A DNA stretch of 63,139 bases, filler included, from Octopus bimaculoides (Eukaryota): assembly GCF_001194135.2 (NCBI RefSeq). It is 7 parts of 5 records of this genome, joined end to end, with 100 filler letters (N's around TTAATTAATTAA, not from the genome) between each part and the next. Parts side by side here need not be neighbours in the genome. Positions count along the whole stretch, not along the records: positions 1 to 21,760 come from NC_069005.1; positions 21,861 to 27,944 come from NC_068981.1; 5 more parts are not named here. The stretch is one strand, 5' to 3'. The notes beneath the pieces were generated by a model. It searched no databases. It saw nothing but the letters and a program-made list of their open reading frames with translations, and was not told where the DNA came from. Both the position numbers and the translations under genes were made by a program. Positions 13,373-24,800 of this stretch are shown here, piece after piece; the first letter of the stretch is position 1; each line of letters begins with the position of its first letter.

Positions 13373-14355
13373 TAAATAGGTTTACAATGCATGCATGTGT
13401 GTATGTGTTATGTAAACTTGTGCCTGAAGTTTTGTTTCACAGATACTCTTTAAGAACAGACATGAACACATCCATGTATATGCACTTACACATGTATACT
13501 CTTTAAAACATACACATTGGCACATTTATACAGGCACACTCTTTGATACACATGCACTTAGATATACAACATACTTCATATGCACACTGAGACATACCCA
13601 CATACACCATAACCAGTTGGTCATGAGCCTTCACTAAGGCATACTACAACCCCAAGCAGTGTCTGGTGATGCTCAAGTATTGTGCCTCAGTAGCACTAGC
13701 CATTAATATGAAGATTTTACACACACATCTTTCTATCTATGTCTCCTCCCATACATATTCACACTGACTGATACACCTATCAATGTAAATTGGAAGCTAA
13801 TATTTTAAACTATCTCTGCTGTCTGTACCTCTAAGCAGACACCATTGTAAGCCTTTTTAAATAGTTCTCTAAGTGAAGACAAAGATTTTTGAGTAGTAAC
13901 AAAAATAGACAAAGAATTAATTGAAGTGTAAATGAGAGGAGTTTCTTGAGGTGAAATTCATGCTGTGCTCCAACCAGAATTAAATCCACCATGAAGTTTC
14001 TAAGATCATTCAGAAGTTGTTTTCAATGAAGTATGTCTTTGTATGTGTTTGGTCAACCATACCTATACATATATAAATGGATCAGGTAAAATGGATGGAT
14101 AACTGGCCCGAGGAATCCCTCAAAATATACATTATTAGGAACTGAGACACCAGTATTGTTTTGATAGATGTCCTTATGTTATTTAATGTTGCTGCGATTT
14201 GTTCCAACATTCTATGATTTAAGTATTGAGGGGAAAATCTGCATCCACTTAATGCAAAAGAACAGTGCAATAGAATATGATTGTTGTCTGCTTTGAGCCA
14301 GTTTCCAAACTCTGTCATTCATCACTTTCCTTTCTATCTATCTCTGTCTCCTCCC

Positions 14356-14404
<49 letters not shown>

Positions 14405-14579
14405 ATTTTCTATCCCTCTTTATTCCATTTGTCTAGAAAGATAGACAGACAAAAAAAGAAAAATAGAAAGAGACAGTGAGGGAGGAGGGGGAAGAAAGAT
14501 GGTTTGATGTCATGCAACTGTAACACTAATCATCATCACTACCAATCTCTTCTCTCTCTCTCTCTATGTTCCTCTCTTT

Positions 14580-14623
<44 letters not shown>

Positions 14624-14627
14624 GTAG

Positions 14628-14706
14628 TGGTGTTTAGAGTGAATGAAATTTCTGTAGAAATGAGCTACAAGAGTTGGTGTTTTGACATTCCTGACAAACT
14701 GGAATG
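14628..14706 (+). CDS. Candidate alternative paxillin exon (LVFRVNEISVEMSYKSWCFDIPDKLE), or alternative first exon from ATG 14660
   Basis: (CT)n tract plus attgtag acceptor and ATG|gtaata donor. Open only in the phase 1-in/phase 2-out frame, which matches the 3980 donor and 16606 acceptor. No homology recognised. Confidence 0.4.
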
Positions 14707-16142
14707 GTAATAATATATATTTAAACAGGATGTATCTGTTTGAAGAAGCTGGAAACACAAAAATGCTTGTACACACACACACACACACACAAACACACAT
14801 TTCATGCCCATTCAGTCAATGCTAGCATGAAAAATAGATATGAAAATGATATTGTATGTATGTGTTTTTATGTAGCCAACCATCCAATACACACATATTG
14901 CATATAATATCCATTATGCCCACACATTTATGTAATATATATGGAATGTATATTATATGCAATGTGTATATGTATGTATGTATGGATGGTTATGTAAGCA
15001 TGCATATATATATATATATAAGAAGCAAATTCCAGTTTTAAAGAATTATTTCAATCATTCTGATTCTTTAATTCTGTCATAGTTATTGTTAATACTTTTG
15101 TTTTTACACACACACACACACACACACACATGTATACACGCACACACACATGCCACATGTTTATACATTGGTATACAAACACTTATAATAAACATTGTAC
15201 ATATAGAGATAAATAATACATTTAATACTTCTGTTCATTTCTCGTTCATCTTCATGTTTAAGTTAAAAAAATTATTAGACCAATAATAATGAGGTGGAAA
15301 GGTTATATTATATTATTCTTGTGAAAAGCTAGAAAAAAAAAAAGAAACCTTGTAGATCTTATAATCCGTTCACATGTTCAGCTTATTGCTGACTTTGTTT
15401 TTCTAAGGTTACTCTTTGTTCCACCCTCAAGTTTGCATGAAACAAAGCAAGTTAACAATAGATCACTGCCACCTGAAGGAACAAACATTTGTTCATCATG
15501 AAATAGATATCTGAAGAGACACATGTCTATACACAGTACCAATTATCATGATTCTGCATAGCATTTAACTGAGAAGAGACGTTTATGTATAAGTCATAAT
15601 TAAAGCTGCCAATCATCAGATGTGTTAAAATGTTATCTTCACATATTAGCTCATTAAAAAGAAACAGTTGTATTCGTTATTGAACCAACATCCATGATAG
15701 GTCTATTCATTTACTCATCCATATCCAGAGCATTCAAAATACCATCTGGCTGTCATATATCACACATTCAGTTCCAAAGATATATGTATTGCCTGGCCTG
15801 GTCTCTTAGATCATTCCATTAGTAGTGCTGTTTATTATTATTATTATTTTTTTTCCTTTATTTCTGGACAATCAATCCCTTTATATAATATGTACATATA
15901 AATATTTTTTAATGTAGGTTTCATAATTACAGACAGGAAAAATAGAACTCAGAACATTGAGTATATATATATTTTTTAATTTTTAATCCACAGAAATTAT
16001 AATTCAAGGGCCAAGAGCTTCATATGTGGCACTTAAGAAATTGGTTTGAAACCAATCGGATAAGTCCCATGTATGAAATTCTCAGTCCTTGAATTTTTTT
16101 GTACTTTCTGCTGATTAAAAAATAAAAAAAAATTAATATATA

Positions 16143-16456
16143 CCATATTTACTCATGTATAAGTCGCACTATGTTTAACTTGATTTTACCTGAAAAATCT
16201 GGGATGTGACTTAATACGCAGGGCAAATTTTGAAAATGAAGAGAAAAAAATTTTGTACCTAGATTTAACACAAAATTAGGGTTTGCAACTTATACATGGG
16301 GCAAAGCTGATATCAAGTCTGAAATGATGGGAAAAAATTTTTTTATATCACTAAATTAGGGGTGCGAGTTATACACAAATGTGGCTCATGCACAAGTGCA
16401 ACTCATGCACAAGTGTGACTCGTACACAAGTGCGACTCGTACACGAGTAACTGTGG
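16143..16456. mobile_element. Pogo-like MITE with tandemly repeated subterminal 17-mer
   Basis: TA|CCATATTTACTCATGTATAAGTCGCAC at the left end; GTGCGACTCGTACACGAGTAA..GG is its inverted counterpart at the right end. Confidence 0.65.
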
Positions 16457-16605
16457 TGTATTTATTTAATTTGAATTTTTATTTATTTTTTGCTCTTCTT
16501 TTCCCTTTTATTTTAAATTTATTTTAAAGCTCTCCTCGTTCCTCCCATCTCCATCCATTCTGTTATAATATATAATGCAGCCTCTGTTGCTTTGTTACTA
16601 TACAG

Positions 16606-16842
16606 TGCGTCTGTGGGTGCGTTACCCCCACTCAATGTTACTCTACCACCACTCACTAAGGCCTATGGAGAACCGATCACACCGCCATTCCCTGTGCCCC
16701 CTACGGGACCAGGCAACTTCTATGAGGATGCCCTCTATGATGACCCACAGGAGTTTAAGTCTTCCGCCAACACCACCGTCGTCACCGGCAGCAGCAGTTC
16801 AGGGTCCAGCAGCAACGCTGGCGTGCAGATGATGTCACACAG
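16606..16842 (+). CDS. pxn: Probable paxillin exon, 237 nt, symmetric phase 2-2, Pro-rich with FYEDALYDDP
   Basis: Acceptor ttgttactatacag; GG|T joins the 6322 exon in frame. GC-rich coding-like island. Donor CAG|gttggg at 16843, with an alternative TGG|gtaact at 16848. Confidence 0.7.
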
Positions 16843-17088
16843 GTTGGGTAACTTAGTACACCTTTCCCTACAGTCCCCCCACCCCCACCCTCACCTGATC
16901 ATCTCCTCTGCCACTTTCGAAAAGCATAAATTTAAACATATGCATGCACACAGATATATACATTTACACACACATACACACATACATACAAACATATACA
17001 TGCATATATACATATATTTATACACACACGCACATATACTACATATACACACATATATATACACATGCACATATATATGTACATATAG

Positions 17089-17119
<31 letters not shown>

Positions 17120-18656
17120 TATATGTTTATACATACATTTTCAGACACACACTCATGCTACGACCCTGGTTTATCCTCCCTAATTTTTACCTCCCTCCGC
17201 CTATACCCCTTCCGTTTTACACAATTAACAACAAATCCATTTTTTGCATCAGCCACACCACCACCACCGCTGTCCATTCCCCAGCACACCCCCACCCTTG
17301 CTCTTGCATTTCATTGCCATCATCTGCGAATTGGCTACTTTAGATAATCATCCGTGCGTTTGTCTGATAGGCTTTCTTCATGTACTACTTGGTAGCTGAT
17401 CTTTAGCTGTCTCTAGAACAATCTATTTGCCACAGCTAGTGGACGCATTACCATCTTGCATCCAGTTCTAGTGGTATGAGGGTTGTAGGCTTTTAGTTTG
17501 TCTTGGTATTCAGCTGGTAATTTTGTATGTTTACCTTCTTTCTAGTTATTTAGTATACTGAGCTAGTTCATGAACATGGATATGCTATAAAGTTGCATTG
17601 TACAAGCAAATAATAATAATAATAGTAATAATAATAATAATCATTATAAATAATAATAATAATGGTTTCAAATTTTGGCACAAGGTCAGCAATTTCAGGG
17701 GAAGTGGTAAGTTGATTATATTGACAGCCCAGTGTTCAGTTGGTACTTATTTTATTGACTGTGAAAGGATGAAAGGTAAAGTCGATCTTGGATCTTGGTA
17801 GACTTTTTAACTCAGAATGTAAAGCTGGAAGACGTGCTGCTAAGCATTTTTGTCTGATATGCTAATGAATCTGCCAGCTTTCACCTTAATTAATAATAAC
17901 AATATTGACAACAATAGTCATAATATCAAAGGATGGAGAAGATGAGGGTGACGACGAAGATGATGGTAAAGAGTTAATAATCAATTTCAAAGGATGACAG
18001 TATTTCTGTATGAAATGGAGAAAGCATCCAAATGTAAAACTGTGCAAACAACCCAGAATGCAATGGTTGAAAACAGGAAACAATTCCTTGTAGTAATATG
18101 TCTTGGGGAATGGTAGTGAGAAGTGGCCTTGCACCACTAACAAGAATGAAACAATAATTTGAAGAGCATCACCAACAATAAAAGAACAATGTGAAGAATA
18201 TGAAGGAAGGAAATGAGGAAAATATTTGGAACCATATATAAGGTGATGGTTGGGGCTGCAAGAGGGTTAGTTTTTGGGAGTTTTTTACAAAGTAATTTTA
18301 ATATTTTAATTATATATTTGCTATTATATTTTAAGTCTTTCTGCTTCTTCTACCATTTTCTAGCTTGTTCTATAACCTATCTCCCCCAGCCCTTCATGAC
18401 ATCTTTTTTTTTTTTTTTCTTACTAAACAAAATTTGACCCAAAGAGTGCAAAAACTAGTGCAAAATCTGTGCATGGGATTGTTTCTTTGGATGTTTCTGC
18501 AAAGAAACATTTTTGGTTTGTTCTAGAATATCCTAGCTGCTGCTACTGAAAGCAAAATAAAAAAATAATAAAACACCCAACCCATCTCTCCAATGAAGCT
18601 TGTTATTAAAACCCATTTAGAAAAACAATTGCAAGTAAACAAATAACAACAACAAC

Positions 18657-18695
<39 letters not shown>

Positions 18696-19019
18696 GACTG
18701 CCTGAATAGTACTAACATATCGTTTAGTTTTGGGTAAATGAAGCAACTGTAGGTATTTACCTGTTTATTGTTTTGTTTTTTTTTGTTTTGTTTTTCCTTG
18801 TTTTCTTTTGTTTTTCTCTGTTAATAATTATAGTATATATTTTCATGAATAATAATTAAATATATACTCTGCTTTCTGTTTGTTTTTATGTTAATTAAAA
18901 TGAAAGTAATGCCAGCTATACCTAATACACACACATACACACACACACTGTTTATGTAAGTGATCTTGGATATTCCAGTTATATAGAGGAATGTTCATAT
19001 GGATGGCATTAATGATTAT

Positions 19020-19740
19020 TGTATGAGTGTTGTCTTTCAAGTTGTAGATATTAATGTTGTTATATAGGGTGATATATTGTTATATATGTGATATGGGAAT
19101 GATACTAGCATTTATATGTGGATGGTGCTACTTTTTTTGGGGTGGTGTATGAATGATATTAATATATGGGTGATGTGAATGTTTATATGTGATTATTATT
19201 AATGTTTATATGTAGGGGATATTAACATTTTTATGTATGTTATATCAGTTTTAATATGTCTGATGCTAATGTTTATATGCAGATAATATTAATGTAAATA
19301 TATGAGTGATGTTAATGTTCACATGTAGGTAATATTAATTTTAATATGGAGCTGATAGTTATGTTTATCTGGGTGTGATATTGTTTATATGTGGGTAATA
19401 TTAACAGTTAATGTGGGTGCTATTAACATTAATATAATAGTAATATTAACATGGTGATATTTAATATGTACATGATACTAATGTTAATCTGTGGGTAATA
19501 TTAACATTTAATACATGAATAATATTAATGTTAATATGTAAATGATATTAATGTTAATATGCTACTGATATTGATGTTTATATGTGGACGATATTAATGT
19601 TTACATGGATAGTATTAACTTGAATATGCAAGTGATATAACTGTTATTATATGAAACCACTTTGTTACCACATATGTGATATTTGTATATGGTAATATTA
19701 GTATTGTTGTTTAATGAAGGGATATGTAATGTTTATTATA
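19020..19740. repeat. Degenerate ~23-bp AT-rich minisatellite, consensus about GATATTAATGTTTATATGTGGGT
   Basis: gatattaatgtt.atatg recurs at ~23-nt spacing throughout. Confidence 0.75.
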
Positions 19741-20415
19741 TAGGGGCATATCAAACATTATGGAAGGGATCAGCATTAATAATTTAACCACAGTGTTTAT
19801 TTTCTTCATCTTTCACCCATTGTGAAAAATGGGGTGTGTGTGAGTTTTCATAAAATCAACCAATCAATGAAAATAATTAAACCCTCTCCACCACTTTCCT
19901 ATTGGCATTATGGACCTTGTACCTATGTTAGGGACCCTTTAAAATCCAAAAGATGGGGAGTGGTGTGAGTAGAGGAAAATCTAAAACCGAACAAAAACAA
20001 AGAAAAATGTAGAAAAATTCATTTATTTTCATTTATTCATTTATTATTTTTTTTATTGATTATTAATTTTCATTTTGAATTTGTATGTACATCCATGCAT
20101 GTGTGAATTAATTTTCAATTTATATATTTCTTTAATTACCAGTAACTAATTAAATTACATTTTTGCTTCCTTTTACATAATTTGTCACTAAAATCCATTT
20201 TCAAGAATTCAAATATAATTTTTTGCATATTTTGATTATTTTCATATTTATAACTTTATATTTAAATTTTTTTTTCAGTCTGGTAAGGTTTTATTTTGTG
20301 TGTGTGCGTTTTATTTATAAAAAATTTTCCTTTTGTCATTTTTCTTTTTCTTTTTTTAGTCTTTTGAAATTTAAAATTTTTTCACAATTTTCTTGTGACC
20401 TTTCCTCAAATTATA

Positions 20416-20507
<92 letters not shown>

Positions 20508-20830
20508 TATAATATTTTAAACTTCGTCTTGACTGGGACTTTACAATTAAATTTGAATCTTCTCTCAGTATTCATTCATTTATCAGTAAATGCTCTGTTG
20601 TTACTCATAAGCTAGCTTTAAAATATTACCCTCATTTTAACACACACATACACATATATTGTTTTATGTTCAGTTATGATAAAACCATTTTACATTCATC
20701 TGAAGGGTTACTCTATACAGTCTGATGATTGCTTAACTGGCCAAAATTTTGAAATCACTGTCAACAACATTTTTGCATAAGAATAATATATATAAACAGG
20801 GTAAGATATTTGAGGACGGAAAATAAACAT

Positions 20831-21760
20831 ACTTTGAATTTTGGCTGTTGGAATGTGCGCACACTTCTTGATAATTTCAACAAGAAGCCAGAAAGGCATA
20901 TTGCACTTATTGCATGTGAGCTTAAGAAATATTCCCCTGATATAGTTGTGCTCTGTGAAACTCATCTCTTTGGTGAGGGTTAAGTAAATGAACCTACTTA
21001 TAGATATACTATCTTTTGGAGAGGCCTACCTAAGAGTTTGTGTAGAGAATCTGATGTTGGGTTTGCTCTCAAGAATACAATAGTATCCTCCATTGCAGAG
21101 CTTCCAAGTGGTATATCTAAATGGATCATGTCATGCCATATTAAACTGACAAAAGGTAGGTTTCTTATCGTTGTCAGTATTTATGCACCAACAATGTTCC
21201 ATTCTGATGAAACTGTAGAACAGTTTTATGATGATCTAGCACAATTATTGAAGAACATACCAATTTCTGACAAGCTGATCATATTGGGAGATTTCAATGC
21301 AAGAGTTGGAAAGGACTATGTTTCATGGCCTGTTTTAGGTCGACATGGGATTGGGAAATGCAATAATAATGGAGTAGCTCTTTTGACGTTTTGTACTGAG
21401 AATAATCTGGTTGTCACCAACACTCTATTTCAGCAGAAAAATAAATATAACACCACCTGGATGCACCCAAGATCTAAGCACTGGCATCTCATAGATTATA
21501 TTCTTATCAGAAAGCGTGATATGAAAGACGTTTCTAGTGTTTGGGCCATGAGGGGAGCAGTGAGCTAGACTGACCATCATCTAGTGCAGGGAAAAATACA
21601 TTTTTCAATATTGCCTAAAAATTGACAGTCTTGTCCTAAGGTACCCAAAAAGTTAAATGTTGCAAACTTTAAATTATCTAGCAACTTGCAAAGATTCTAT
21701 GATGCTATAGAAAGTATCAATCTTGACCCAAACAATCTTTCTGAAGATTTCAAAACAAAA
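20831..21760 (+). mobile_element. RTE-clade LINE, APE endonuclease region (degenerate, runs into gap)
   Basis: One frame reads LNFGCWNVRTLLD...ETHLFGEG*...VGFA...IYAPT...LGDFNARVG...WMHPRSKHWHLIDYILI...*TDHHLV. All APE motifs are present, with in-frame stops at 20981 and 21566. Confidence 0.9.
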
Positions 21761-21860
21761 NNNNNNNNNNNNNNNNNNNNNNNNNNNNNNNNNNNNNNNN
21801 NNNNTTAATTAATTAANNNNNNNNNNNNNNNNNNNNNNNNNNNNNNNNNNNNNNNNNNNN
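21761..21860. other. Assembly gap with TTAATTAATTAA linker (also near 27989, 34432, 42817, 53891, 58344)
   Basis: An identical 12-mer sits between two ~44-N runs six times; this is a scaffolding artefact. Confidence 0.95.
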
Positions 21861-24800
21861 TATATATGTTCACACACACACATACATTCTTTTCTACTAT
21901 AGACACAAGGCATGAAATTTTTGGGGAGAGGGCTAGTCAATTACATCGACCCCAGTACTTAACTAATATTTTATTGATCCTATATGGAAGAAAGGTAAAG
22001 TCAACCTTAGCTGAATTTGAACTCAGAATGTAAAGATGGATGAAATGCATAGCAGCATTTCGCCCAGCATGCTAATGATTCTGCCAGCTCGTCACCTTTA
22101 TATAAATATATTGATTTGACTCACTTCTCTTCTCTACTTTATCATGAGCAGGTATTGTTTTAAATGATGAGCTCTCTTCTGATTTTTTCTTACAGTATAA
22201 AATTTATTTCCTTGTACTCCAGTTTGCTTTATTTTAATTTTTATCCCTGAAGCCTTGGGTATTTTGCATGCAAATCCCACCTTTGAACTGATTATTTTGC
22301 AATATTTAAAAAAAACTACTTTTAAAAATCTTATGATAAGTGACTCATCATGTCGACAAAATATCACTGATAATGGTTGGCCATACAATTAGATCCCCCT
22401 AGTAGATGAGCTGCATGGAAAATTAATAGTGAAATGTAGACGGAGTTACTTAAAAATCATTTTTGATTTTGAGCACAGAAATTTATTGTTTTGAGAAGAT
22501 AAATAGAAGTGAAAATTACAAAAACTCATAAAATACTAATTGAGGAACCACAAAATAACTGTTAGGCTAGTTTATAAAACTGATATAAAAAATACCAAAA
22601 GTAGCAAAATACTACACTAACCATAAAATGTATTATTTTCTTTTCTGAATAAATTATGTAACAACAGTTAAAATGCATATTTAAGAAAACCACACAATGG
22701 CTGAGGCAAGGTTTAATCTAACTCTGTGGCCACTAGTTAGCATCCTAACTGCACAACTACTCTACTTTCTAAAATGTTAGACTTAAACAGAATAATGTGT
22801 TTCATTAATAAATGTTAAGTTTTAAAATAGAACTCTCTAAGGTAAAGGATACGAGCTTCAGTATGATATGTACACAGAAAAAAAAAAAACAAAAAAAAAA
22901 ACATTTCTGCAAATCATATGTGAAGAATGACTAGAAAGAAAAGTATAGTTGCAAGCATGATATTTGGATTATTTTAAAAATTTATTCTGAATGAAATTGA
23001 ATTTGGAATTTATTTTTGTTTATAAAACAAATTGAAACATGATTGATAATTTTCAGAGAATAGCACCAGATATTGATAGATTTTCTGATAAGCAAAAATA
23101 ATTTCTGCTAATTAAATTTTTGAATACAAAAAGCTGATGGCTGTTAGATTTCATGAACTTTTAAATAGTAAAAAATATTAAAAGGGAATAAGAATTGGTG
23201 ATACAAAGTGGATATTTAGAAACTTCCACTCTTACTACATCCATATATGTCAGGTTTTATATGCTGTTAATAGAGATTTTTCAAATATGATTTTGCCAGA
23301 TTCAGTGGTTCTAGTAATAAGACTTTCCATCTTTTATGAAATGTATTGACTGATTGGGGGGAAAAAAATGATGTAAAATTTATTAAGTAGAATGAGAGAT
23401 GATAGTTATTGTATTGTAACAGGTCATTTGTCATAAAGACAGATGTTTTCTTTTAGTGGAGGTGGAAGGCTACTAGAAAATTTGGATATTCAAATAAAGG
23501 AAAACAGTGAGGTTACTGAGATTTCAGACAGAAAGCTGTTCTCTTTGATGACATTCGTGAAACAAATGCAAGCATAACAGACTCATGAGCAAATAACAAT
23601 TTTAGGTAGGGGAAAAAAAAAAGAATACAATTGATAGCAACAATAAATTTTTGTTTTGAAATTAAATCCATACTAGTGAAGCACCAAGGGCCAATGTTGA
23701 GGACAGTAGGTCTTGTGACATACGATAGCAGCTCACCTTTAATGACACCTGCAAATCTGGACGGAGGAATTTATTTAGACATATTTACAATAGACAGGCA
23801 ACTTACAAAGGGAATGCAAAAGTTACTTCCCTTGAATTCGCTGTCATTGCCAGTCAAAAGGAAAGAAAAGCACTTGGTCCAAAATACATTGGGATTATTT
23901 TGATTTTCGTTGACAAAAACTTGTGGGGTTGATCTTATCATGACCCAAATCCTGTTAGTGGAGATGAAGCCAGGCCTTGATGTGATATGTTACAGAGTTG
24001 AAGTACTTCAAACAAGTGGTGTTTAACAACTGGTATCTTGGTAAATACATGGCATATATATGAGGGGTGCAATCGTTGCTATTTGGTTTAGCAATAGAAC
24101 GTCAAATTAAAAACAAAAAAAAAACAGAAAGAGAAATAGGGAAAATAGCAATGGATTATGATGTTATCAATATTAAAAATGTGTTATAAGCAGTGTATCA
24201 AAATATTTTTGTGGAGCTCTTAGACAATATATCAATAGGCCTAAAATAATAACTTAGATGGGACACCTATGAAGAAAAAAATTTACACTTATGGCATAAA
24301 TAATCCTTTCTACTGAAAGCGCAAGGCCTGAAATTTGAGGCAGGAGGAGATTAGTTGATTAAGTCGACCCCAGTGTTTCACTAGTACTTAATTTATCAAC
24401 CCCCAAAGGATGAAAGGCAAAGTCGAATTCGGTGGAATTTGAACTGAGAATGTAAAGACAGATGAAGTGCTGCTAAGCATTTTGCCCGGCATGCTAATGA
24501 TTCTGTCAGTTAGCTGCCTTAATGGCATAAATAATAAGAGAATTATTTCAGTTAGGCGTTCATGATTCTAAGTAACTCTCAATTGAATGAAAAATCATGT
24601 ATTTCTTCACATGGTAAACTTGTATATTCTTTTTCATGTTTTTACTGTACTGAATTTTCCAAGCATTAATTGTTAGAAGTATATAACTTTGAATTCCAGT
24701 GATTATATATTTATAAAAACTCCTCCCACACTGTCAAATATGGAATAATTCTCAATAATACTTAACATAAATTATTGAAAATCTCCATGTTTATGATAAT

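Noticed and set aside
14082-14318. Minus-strand 78-aa ORF with protein-like composition
   Set aside because: No recognisable motif or splice context.
15408-15501. Possible terminal exon LLFVPPSSLHETKQVNNRSLPPEGTNICSS*
   Set aside because: It has an AAG acceptor, a short frame expected by chance, and no other support.
19020-19740. Regularly spaced repeats considered as a CRISPR array
   Set aside because: The units are degenerate with no unique spacers, in a eukaryotic intron.
20718-20762. cagt-CTGATGA...GAAA-tc-actg hammerhead-like pattern upstream of the RTE ORF
   Set aside because: There is no room for stem III and stem II does not pair.
21805-21816. TTAATTAATTAA palindrome recurring six times
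   Set aside because: It always sits between fixed-length N runs; it is an all-frame-stop assembly linker, not biology.
22134-24100. ORF fragments at 22134-22388(-) and 23631-23903(+) as possible old TE coding sequence
   Set aside because: No diagnostic motif could be identified by eye; blastx against a TE protein library would be needed.
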